Source: Rhynchopus sp. YZ270_cl-10
Lineage: Eukaryota
Direction: 5' to 3'
Assembly: GCA_964035575.1 (NCBI GenBank)
Contig: OZ037833.1
Span: forward strand, 868,001 to 932,000
Length of the DNA stretch: 64,000 bases
Within the stretch, counting starts at the first letter, position 1; every line of letters begins with the position of its first letter. Under the pieces are notes generated by a model that ran no database searches, was not told the DNA's origin, and saw only the letters and a program-made list of their open reading frames with translations. The position numbers and the translations under genes are program-made. Shown piece after piece: positions 58,001 to 64,000 of this stretch.

Positions 58001-61000
58001 CGGCACTCCCAGTCCCCCTTCGAGTCTGCCGCAGTGTTCACGTCCTTGCACGTCTGTCCCTCCTTCGTGCACAGGTTCCCACCTCCGGTGTCCGCACACG
58101 TCGGGCACGCCACAGCACACTCGTCAAGCACGCACAGCACAACGGGCTTCCCGACAGCCAGCCCAGTCCCCACCTTGCACTCGCAGTACCAGTCCCCGTC
58201 GTTGTGGATGTCCGGGTCCACGCAGGTCTGGTCCTGCTGTGTGCACACGTTCCCCTGGCCGTTGTCCTTGTCCGCACACCCGCTGCACTTGGTCGTGCAC
58301 TCGTTCAGCGAGCACTTCCCAACAGCCGCCTGTGCCGCCGACCCACTGTACGGTGCCGGGCACGAGCACTCCCAGGTTCCCTCCTCCTCCTGGTTCGTGT
58401 CCACACATAGCTGGTCCGTCCCGCACACGTCCTTGTTATCCGGTGCGCTGCACTCGTCGTACATGCACGTAACCACCGCCCCCGCAGTCATCGTGTTCGT
58501 CGACGGCGGGGCGCACTTGCACAGCCAGTCGCGCTTGTACTTCGGGTCCGTGTTCGGGTCCTCGCACAGCTGTCCCTTGTCCGAGCACGTCTTCTTTGCA
58601 CAGCTGTCGCAGTCCGCCACGCACTCGTCCAAAATGCAGTTTGCAGGTGCCGTCGCCCCGGGTGTGCCCGTCGCAGGCAGCACACAGACACAGCTCCAGT
58701 CGTTCAGCTTGTTGTGGTCCGGGTCCTCACATGTCTGCCCGTGCACCTCGCACAGAGGGGACGCAGAGGCAGTCTGCTTTGCACAACTCGGGCACACAGC
58801 TGTGCACTCGTCCAGCAGGCACTGTGCTGGCCCCTTCACCTTTGTGGCAGGCTTGAAGGGCGGGATGCAGTGGCACTCCCAGTCGTTCAGTGTTTTTGGG
58901 TTCGGGTCCACACAGTGCTGCCCAGCGTTGGAGCACACAAGGTTGTTCTTGCACTCCTCAGAAGGAAGGCACTCTGCAGGCTTTTGTGAGCCGGGTGTGC
59001 CCAGGTCAGGTGCAATACATTCGCAGATCCAACTGTTCACTGTCGTCTTGTCCAGGTCACGGCAGGTCTGCCCGGCACGCATGCACACCTCCTCGTGTTT
59101 CTTGCACTCGTCCTCCTCACACGTCGCGTTCCCCATGAGCTTGATCCCGGTTGCAGGCGCGATACACTCACACTGCCACGTGTTCGGCGCAGTCAGGTCA
59201 GGGTCGTAGCAGTGCTGCCCCAGCGTGCACACCTTCCCGTCGCACTCGTCAATCTCGCACGTCGCACGGTTCCCAATCGCCACCGTGTTCGACGGCGGCA
59301 GACACACACAACGCCAGTCGTTCGTCGACGTCGGCGACTGGTCCGGGTCCTCGCACGTCTGGTCCCCACACGCCCCCTTCGCGCATGTTGGGCAGGGCAC
59401 ACCTGGGGGCGGCTCCGCGCACTCGTCCAGCAGACACTTCGCCACAGGGCCGCCGACAGCGGTGCCCTGGCTCGGCGCGCGGCATGTGCACTTCCAGTCG
59501 TTCAGGCTCGTCCCGGCAGTGTTCGGGTCTGCACAGTCCTGCCCAGCCTCTGCGCACACATTGGTTCCGTTGTCGGTCGCACACGTCGGGCAGATCTCAA
59601 TGCACTCGTCAATCTCGCACACCGCAACGCCCTGCGCACCCGTCTTCGGGGGGCCCACAACACACTCGCACTGCCAGTTCATCATGGCACCCCGGTCGGC
59701 GTCAACACACTTCTGTCCAGCGTTCGTGCACACAGCCCCGTGCGTCACGCACTCGTCCTCCTCACACACCGCAGGGCTCTGCAGACCCTTCGGCCCGGTC
59801 TTCGGGAGCACGCACTCACACCACCAGTCCTTCTTCGTCTTCTCATCCGGGTCCACACACTTCTGCCCCACATCCGTGCACACGTTCGTCTGCCCGTTCG
59901 GGATTCCGGGAATCGGGTCGCGCAGCGGCCTGCCCCCGTCAGCCGGGACCTGGCCCGCAGACAGACAGAACTGCTTCGACTCCGCAACGCAGTGCGGCTT
60001 GTTCTTGTTGTAGTCGTCCGCCGTGTCCACAAGGCACCACGACGACTTCTCGTGCATCGGGTTGCAGCATCCGTCCGTGCACGGCTCCGTCTGCTTGAAC
60101 TCGTCGCTCGTCCATCCACACTGGCACAGACACCCGTCCAGCGAGTACCGCGGGGTGTGCTTGCACTGCACAGCGTCCGACCGCTCCACACACTCGTCAA
60201 ACCCGTCCCGACAATCTGCCACAGTCGTCGTCACCGCAGTCTTTGTGCTTGGCGGCGGGCACTTGCAGAGCCAGTCGTTCAGGTTCGTGTGTGTCGGCTG
60301 CGGGTCCTCGCAGAGCTGACCTGCAGCCGTGCACACGTTCCCGTTTGCGTTGTCCTTGTCGGCACACGTCGGGCACTTCACCGCACACTCGTCCAGCGAG
60401 CACGACGTCACCGCGTGCTGCGGCGCAGATCCGTGTGCAGGCGCCACGCAGTGGCACTCCCAGTTTCCGAGCGATTTGATGTCCGTGTCCACACAGACCT
60501 GGTGGCTGTCTTCGCACACCTTCTTGATGTCGGCCAGCGTGCACTCGTCCACCTCGCACACCGCCACACCAGCAACCTGTGTCGAGTTCGACGGCGGCGG
60601 GCACACACACTCCCACGACGCCGCAGCCTTGTGGTCCACATCCACACACGACTGTCCGGCCCCAACACAGATCTGCTCCCTCGTCCTGCACTCGTCCTCC
60701 TCGCAGTCCGCAACAGCCGTCAGTGCCGTCCCCACCTTCGGGTCCACGCAGTGGCACTCCCAGTCGCTCACCGTCGTCAGACTCTTCTCCACACACGTCT
60801 GCCCCTTCTCCTCGCAGAGGTTCTGCGTCCCCTGTGCCGTGCTCGCACACGTCGGGCACACAGCCTTGCACTCGTCCAGCTCGCACACTGCAGGTGCCGT
60901 CACCTTCGACCCCGTGTACGGCGTCCTGCACTTGCACTGCCAGTCCCCAAGTTTCAGGTGTCCCAGGTTCAGGTCCTCGCAGTCCTGTCCCGCCTCCTCG

Positions 61001-64000
61001 CACTTGTTCGTCGGCGATGAGTCAGTCTGTGCACACGTCGGGCACACAGCCTTGCACTCGTCAAGCTCGCACACTGCAGGCACGTGCTGTCCCGGTGTTC
61101 CGGTTGCTGGCGGAATGCACTCGCACACAACCTTCTTGTCATGCGCCGTCCCTGTCGTGCACGACTGCCCCGCAGCGTGGCAGATGTCCCCCAGCGTCTC
61201 ACAGTCGCCCGGCGGGTCCTTGCAGATAGCAGGCTTCCCGACCACCGGCGCTCCGGTCTGCGGCGGCACACACTCGCACTTCCACGAGTCCGGCTTCTCC
61301 TTCTCCGGGTCCACACACGTCTGTCCCACAGACTGGCACGTCATGCTGTACAGGCTGCACTCGTCAAACATGCAGTCCTTCGACGCCGCCCCCACAAGCG
61401 ACGCCGTGCTCGGTGGCGGGCACACACACTTCCAGTCACCTGCGTTCTGCTGGTTCGGGTCCACACACGTCTGTCCCGCATCCTCGCACACCTTCTTCGT
61501 CGCCGCATCCTCACACTCGTCCACTGGCGGCGCAGGTGTCGGCACAGCGGTCGGTGCAATTGTCGGTGGTGCCGGTGTCTCGGGCGCGTCTGTTGGCGGT
61601 GCAGGTGTTGGAGGCGCAGACGTTGCTGGCGGCTGTGTTGGCGGTGCTGCTGTCTCCGGCACAGGTGTCGGTGGCGCAAGCGTTGCTGGTGCCGGCGTCG
61701 GCGGCGCCGGTGTCAGCGGGATCAGCGTGCACTCATCCGGGGCGGTTGGTCCGGACCACATGCAGAGTGCGTTCGTGTCGCACTTCTCCTTCGTGCACAG
61801 GTCGTAGCACTCCGACTTCTGGCAGGTGGTGTCCCACACACATCCAGAGTCCTTGACACAGGTCGTTTGGTCTTTCAGGTCTGCGCACGTCGCAAGCGTC
61901 TTCGCAATGATCTTCCCAAACGTGCTCGACTTCTCGCACAGCTGGTCCAGCACATCAATCTTCAGCTTGTCCATCTCCACGTTCATGAAGTGCTCGTCAC
62001 GTGGGTCACTGATCAGAGGCTTCAGCTTCACCTCTGCGTTCTCGTCCGCAAACGTGTGTGAAGCGTAGCGACGCACAACCACACCGAACACAGTAACGTC
62101 CTCGTCACGCAGCTTTTGCTGGCCCTCCAGCAGCGAGTCCTTGTAGCGGCGCTTCCAGTTCCTGTCCTTCCCCCACCACCTCCCGCACCCGTTCGAGCAC
62201 GCGTCACCGTCGTAGTCCGTCAGTCCTCCGTCCGCAATGATCACAACAACGTGGGTTCTGTACGCCGGGCTCTGTGTATCAAGGAAGGTGTGGTCTGCCA
62301 CGTCGTTCAGTGCGTCGTGCAGGTACGTCCAGTGTGCCTGGTAGTGTGCCTCGTGCCAGTCCAGGTCCCCAAACAGCTCGTCACGACGTCCCGAGAGCAG
62401 CCCGTCCGTGCAGGCACCAATGGCGCAGCCTGACGGGTGGTCCTCGTCCGGGCGTGCGTCTGCCTTCGCGAACTGGATGAAGGTCACACGCATTCCGGGT
62501 GTGTTCTGCGGGATGGTTGCACCCACAGTGTGGTCGGTGCCCGTCAGCGGCACAGTCTTGACCCAGTCACGCATCATCTCAATCAGCCCGTAGAAGCCGT
62601 GTGCGTGTGAACCAAACCTGCGCCGCATCGAACCAGACCCGTCAATGAGGAAGGCAATGTCCATGTCCGGGCACGCGTCAAAGTGTGGCGACGTGCACGC
62701 AGACTGCGCACCGGCGTGGTGCCAGGCACAGTCGGGGTCCTCCTGGCAGTCGCACCGTGCACCGTGCTTCTCACATGTCTTCGGCACACACACGTTGGCG
62801 GCGTTGAACATGCACTTCGCATCGGCGTCACACGGCATCTGTGTGTCCCACTTCGCACACTCGGTCTTCTTGCACTTCTCTGGCACCGTCGACGTGTCCA
62901 TGTGGCACTTCGGGTTTGCGTCGCACTCCTTCTCGTCGGGAAGCTTCACACACTCGTCCTCAATGCACACGCCGTTCTTCCACTCACACACGTCGTCCTT
63001 CTCACACACATCCTGGTTCGTGTGGAGGCACTCCTTCGGCTTGCAGAAGCCCACCAGAGTGGCGGGAGGGCCTGTGGGGAGAATGCCACTTGCTGGTTTC
63101 CACTCGCAGTCCTTTTCGGCTTCACACTTGCCCTTGGCGTCGTGCAGACACTTCTGCACGGTGCAGGTGTCGTTCTTCGAGAAGAGGCAGACGTCCAGCT
63201 TGCAGTAGTCTGGGTCTGATGCTGGCGGTGTGCATGGTGTCGGCACTGTCACGTCCACATCGTGGCATGCGTCTGCCCCCGTCTTGTCCACACACGGGTT
63301 GTCGACACAGGCGTCCTTCCCCCACACAACGTCCCACAGACAGTTCTTGTCGTCCTTGCACTTGGCCAGGTCCTTCTCTCTGCAGGTCTCCTTCTCCGTG
63401 CACACGGAGTCTGTCGACGACCACGTGCACGTGGGGTCCGTCTTGCAGGTGTTCTCTTCGCAGTTCGCGTAGCACTTCGAGTCGACACACGCGCTTGACT
63501 CCCAGTTGCACCCCTTGTCCAACTTGCAGGCCTGCTTGTTGTCAAACTGCTTGCACCCAGTCTCGCGCTTCACGGCCTTCCCGAAGATGCTGTTCGGGTC
63601 GCATATAGTCTTCAGCATCTTGTTCTGGATGTCGTCAAGCATCAGGTTCATGAAGTGCTCGGATGCGGGCTCCGTCACAAGCGGTGTCAGCTTCGTCTGC
63701 GCGTTGTCGTCCTGGAAGGTGTGCTTTGCGTAGCGGCGGATCACCACCCCAAGCACGAGCACGTTCTCTGCGCGGAGCTTCTTCTGTGCTTCGTCAAGCG
63801 ACGTTCTGTACGCAGAGCGCCAGCTTCTGTCGCGGCACCACCCGTTGCAGGCTCCACCGCAGCACGCATCACCGTCGTAGTCCGTCAGCCCTCCGTCCGC
63901 AAAGATAATCACAACGTGGTCCCTCCACGACGGGCTGTTTGCTGGGAGGAATGTCGTGTCCGCCACGTCGTTCAGTGCGTCGTGCAGGTACGTCCAGTGG
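49081..64000 (-). CDS. Giant (>4,900 aa) Cys-rich type I membrane protein: vWA domains, Pro/Thr linker, many EGF-like repeats, TM helix; N-terminus outside the window
   Basis: vWA MIDAS motif DIAFLIDGSGSM plus a second partial vWA. Repeats of about 42 aa, DEC..C..GQ.C.DP...DW.C.C..P..G...A.C. TM segment WWWLLLLLLLSCCLLLAFLLF then RFRQK. The frame stays open to the window edge. Probable in-frame 51-nt intron at 49233-49183 (GTATGT..CAG). Confidence 0.93.
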   Translation of the reverse strand, partial: HWTYLHDALNDVADTTFLPANSPSWRDHVVIIFADGGLTDYDGDACCGGACNGWCRDRSWRSAYRTSLDEAQKKLRAENVLVLGVVIRRYAKHTFQDDNAQTKLTPLVTEPASEHFMNLMLDDIQNKMLKTICDPNSIFGKAVKRETGCKQFDNKQACKLDKGCNWESSACVDSKCYANCEENTCKTDPTCTWSSTDSVCTEKETCREKDLAKCKDDKNCLWDVVWGKDACVDNPCVDKTGADACHDVDVTVPTPCTPPASDPDYCKLDVCLFSKNDTCTVQKCLHDAKGKCEAEKDCEWKPASGILPTGPPATLVGFCKPKECLHTNQDVCEKDDVCEWKNGVCIEDECVKLPDEKECDANPKCHMDTSTVPEKCKKTECAKWDTQMPCDADAKCMFNAANVCVPKTCEKHGARCDCQEDPDCAWHHAGAQSACTSPHFDACPDMDIAFLIDGSGSMRRRFGSHAHGFYGLIEMMRDWVKTVPLTGTDHTVGATIPQNTPGMRVTFIQFAKADARPDEDHPSGCAIGACTDGLLSGRRDELFGDLDWHEAHYQAHWTYLHDALNDVADHTFLDTQSPAYRTHVVVIIADGGLTDYDGDACSNGCGRWWGKDRNWKRRYKDSLLEGQQKLRDEDVTVFGVVVRRYASHTFADENAEVKLKPLISDPRDEHFMNVEMDKLKIDVLDQLCEKSSTFGKIIAKTLATCADLKDQTTCVKDSGCVWDTTCQKSECYDLCTKEKCDTNALCMWSGPTAPDECTLIPLTPAPPTPAPATLAPPTPVPETAAPPTQPPATSAPPTPAPPTDAPETPAPPTIAPTAVPTPAPPVDECEDAATKKVCEDAGQTCVDPNQQNAGDWKCVCPPPSTASLVGAASKDCMFDECSLYSMTCQSVGQTCVDPEKEKPDSWKCECVPPQTGAPVVGKPAICKDPPGDCETLGDICHAAGQSCTTGTAHDKKVVCECIPPATGTPGQHVPAVCELDECKAVCPTCAQTDSSPTNKCEEAGQDCEDLNLGHLKLGDWQCKCRTPYTGSKVTAPAVCELDECKAVCPTCASTAQGTQNLCEEKGQTCVEKSLTTVSDWECHCVDPKVGTALTAVADCEEDECRTREQICVGAGQSCVDVDHKAAASWECVCPPPSNSTQVAGVAVCEVDECTLADIKKVCEDSHQVCVDTDIKSLGNWECHCVAPAHGSAPQHAVTSCSLDECAVKCPTCADKDNANGNVCTAAGQLCEDPQPTHTNLNDWLCKCPPPSTKTAVTTTVADCRDGFDECVERSDAVQCKHTPRYSLDGCLCQCGWTSDEFKQTEPCTDGCCNPMHEKSSWCLVDTADDYNKNKPHCVAESKQFCLSAGQVPADGGRPLRDPIPGIPNGQTNVCTDVGQKCVDPDEKTKKDWWCECVLPKTGPKGLQSPAVCEEDECVTHGAVCTNAGQKCVDADRGAMMNWQCECVVGPPKTGAQGVAVCEIDECIEICPTCATDNGTNVCAEAGQDCADPNTAGTSLNDWKCTCRAPSQGTAVGGPVAKCLLDECAEPPPGVPCPTCAKGACGDQTCEDPDQSPTSTNDWRCVCLPPSNTVAIGNRATCEIDECDGKVCTLGQHCYDPDLTAPNTWQCECIAPATGIKLMGNATCEEDECKKHEEVCMRAGQTCRDLDKTTVNSWICECIAPDLGTPGSQKPAECLPSEECKNNLVCSNAGQHCVDPNPKTLNDWECHCIPPFKPATKVKGPAQCLLDECTAVCPSCAKQTASASPLCEVHGQTCEDPDHNKLNDWSCVCVLPATGTPGATAPANCILDECVADCDSCAKKTCSDKGQLCEDPNTDPKYKRDWLCKCAPPSTNTMTAGAVVTCMYDECSAPDNKDVCGTDQLCVDTNQEEEGTWECSCPAPYSGSAAQAAVGKCSLNECTTKCSGCADKDNGQGNVCTQQDQTCVDPDIHNDGDWYCECKVGTGLAVGKPVVLCVLDECAVACPTCADTGGGNLCTKEGQTCKDVNTAADSKGDWECRCPPPFEEKFVKAGLAVCSVDECADTLGGKVNGAVCVDNGQLCHDSHLNTLNDFDCVCPPPRHGTKTGAPADCVKDECLLHEDVCKGANQTCLDIDTKVDNNWECLCAPPSSSTQLMGAAVCEVDECVENRRICEGASPPQECVDVDRTRDNDWECRCQAPASGTAVAAAASCVLDECVATCATCEKDLCTGAGQTCVDPNTAFGSQNDWECVCPAPSSVTAKVSVAECPVDECVGKGYVCQAAHQSCVDPDHGAASLGDWECHCLTPATGAAIAGVAACTVDECTNHGHVCTGHGQTCVDPDKSADVLHDWECHCEPPATQTAVAAAAECVHEGECKDPVKAGVCESRGQICEDPDMTILDDWRCLCTPPSHGLLKVAGPAFCILDECVDSCSTCAKDVCKAAGQTCVDENKDPVLGLNTWECRCIAPSSGSKVAGAAVCVEDECSSHASTCTGAGQDCVDPSTTTKGDWRCECKQPSTGTATAGAAKCSTNECDFHEKTCSDVGQVCYDPDLSAQSLGDWTCTCVAPYSGSKVGAAAKCLVDECELYGHVCTAAGQTCVDEEPGMAGFWKCVCPPPNEKFKRDMGVADCVVDECTTWTNTSTPSAMPSNDRNAVNLCEQAGQVCEDPNHNASSAGDWTCTCPSPGNRTARAHVATCDMDECADPATEDVCAAKGQRCVDPNWEPGHEGDWTCVCVPPSIGTGMQAVAVCLVDECKVDGGVCQAGGQLCVDSNRAENGTWACECVAHAGVNASQLGGLADCNPPSSECRIDAIREVCTSSNQGCYDPDLKGHNDWVCECVPPATGPQKQGEATVCVLDECEEECPTCGKSVCAAVGQTCTDANTDAASLNDWTCTCAAPSTGSKKGGVAVCQLDECAAVCDGCPSDICTAAGTQCEDTNKDARSPGDWECVCRAPALGRVTQGVPVCLIDECEQNAHKCADGQTCADANRLAASEGDWTCTCPPPTSGIAVASAAVCFENECLVDDNVKTCTAGGQVCIDPKPQPTNKGDWECHCAQGKTFAVAAAAVCVLDECVEQCTSCADSGGGNVCAKAGQLCTDPNTSPESTRDWKCQCAAGEKAALGGPATCEVDECWQPSNFGAHTCHDTPRTTVDGCACQCGWQVQDAAQYPGAHGAGIEVGCLAGCCNPNVVASGAWCLLEPVQTTAVCQDLVTAGKMVQTCAVLASGVAPAKPENLCTKAGQVCVDPDTSATSSGDWRCECVSPASGDPSVGKAGSCMIDECEKNGQVCSAAGQLCKDADKATENTWECVCPSPATGSATGKVATCVYVGECETASIAEVCEQMGQTCYDPDAAVTGNWVCKCVDPATGVPALMTTATCVLDECTAECPTCADKGFGNLCDVAGQHCVESSTSPADVEDWMCKCVGDAVGESVASVAVCTLDECKMNNGRLAQLCGAAGQTCNDPNKAVLGGLNDWECVCPPPGIGRVTGKLATCLRDECLETDVAAVCTSAGQTCQDPNTDARSTGDWTCACSAKPGETPKVAKGKAAKCVLPPSSWCVQHGDTCTFLGQACVPAASILEDGSCACIEPQTGPTKVGAATVCILDECTAVCATCADHGAGNVCDKAGQTCQEGSMNPVTGKGDWRCKCAGSDMSAVAAVAVCTVNECDTDEKAKVCAAAEQTCTDKNTAGDSLNDWMCACHEPWTGSKMLGAADCKFDECLFAGSECTKLGQTCFDKDTSAQVRGDWECRCVAPAEGFAIAKAATCVYTGECEKQEIAEVCTKAGQTCVDPNPAVADDWECRCVSPEAGSHTKGAVAVCMLDECRATCASCATKPGSLTHACASAEQDCMDPDTAATSIADWKCSCRAPASGEMVGAAAVCSVDECYNAENRAACSRVKDTTGAEVQHCVDKDYTKTGDWVCECMYPYHGTAGQREAAVCVVDECTAPETWSKKPNGNAVCGAKGQTCLDPQQGVASEFGNWVCQCADGTGEPNRGAPSTDCKQDTLCAQFGSACGPLEMCVEKEDVWSCRCIPPFVGEAAGKAASCVLDECVAECTTCAQQGSVHMCTQAGQKCVDHDKSPDSRSDWSCVCEVGKGEAALHKAECMVDECTLNGVTCEGKGQECVDPDMHAETSGDWVCQCIAPAAGKAVAGPATCLLDECNLYGGKCTVVGQVCIDQNTAAASLNDWTCNCPAPSSGYMYAGPASCTYTGACQDAANLDVCADAGQRCFPGNSSADDFRCGCMPPYRGTAGVRAPAQCMIDECEDICATCARTNEKAVNVCAGAGQRCEDPNLSVQSLGDWVCMCQAPSTTAAVARAVDSCLVDECLAITMTGARKCDNFKRYTNDGCECACGWKVSGINGGGPGLDENCNTGCCNPDKAKEGDWCIVADSAFNKKSGVCSALISKQQTCANERAPAPAGAPVSEFVDICAAAGQRCYDPNHNPSVQGDWECHCTTSEDYHILSPAKCAVDECKQTTVCSAAGQACFDKDTEALSKDNWECQCLSGSGKADMAPAVCKFDGHDECQIEANKQTCLKAGQYCYDEDPELAGDWVCHCMSPFTQKAIGLNEAATCVIDECLATCPTCARKGDGHGYACEGQQCVDPSSSKLSDWMCKCLTPAIGSGVLQRAVCVQDECLETQNLQKCTDKGQECVDLHPSDTSLNDWECHCVRPALGSAIGHAAVCKINECLTDAHMQLCHEKGQMCFDPDTTAESTDDWICRCPAPAIGSATMKPAECVFVGECDRPEIAAVCIAVEQTCVDTDVAQDGTWMCSCVAPKTGTNGLMGPAECGIDECQAECKTCEQDVCKEAGQDCYDPDVTVEGDWMCACKGGTGNKTTTAPAVCTGVVCATLGAEECTAAPECVYESYYGLCDYVRGAPEWNTSAPARPIGEGEDDDDDCTFWECWWWLLLLLLLSCCLLLAFLLFRFRQKQQQNNADDNKWNKQFQAEVGDNEDDYGMVCRDAPPHSPTHHTPPQSERSPQSSAAGGTEEPLLEMSANPRNSHDSDDI

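Noticed and set aside
49101..63908. Long plus-strand ORFs (up to 883 aa) overlapping the giant gene
   Set aside because: They are antisense shadows caused by GC-rich, repetitive codon usage and show no domain features.

Overview
Eukaryotic nuclear DNA, most likely a euglenozoan (diplonemid-like). This is an inference from the unidirectional gene cluster, short GTATG..AG cis-introns and a kinetoplastid-type CCCH protein. All seven host genes lie on the minus strand: DNA ligase I (3'-truncated by the window), a kinesin-3-like motor, a CCCH zinc-finger protein, a CCDC78-like coiled-coil protein with a degenerate kinesin-like head, exonuclease 1, a bromodomain protein, and a >4,900-aa vWA/EGF-like type I membrane protein (5'-truncated). 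The homopolymer-rich intergenic DNA holds two layers of repeats. (1) About 20 non-autonomous DNA elements with readable TIRs and apparent TSDs of 2 to 8 bp; several are nested or share internal modules. (2) About 50 copies (counted by eye) of 40-60-nt hairpin micro-elements in at least seven families. Nearly all fold best on the transcribed (minus) strand, using G-U pairs and RNA-type tetraloops (GNRA, UUCG, CUYG), and end in a short spacer plus a U- or A-rich tail. The micro-elements are the best candidate here for an undescribed system. All calls were made by eye, without database searches.
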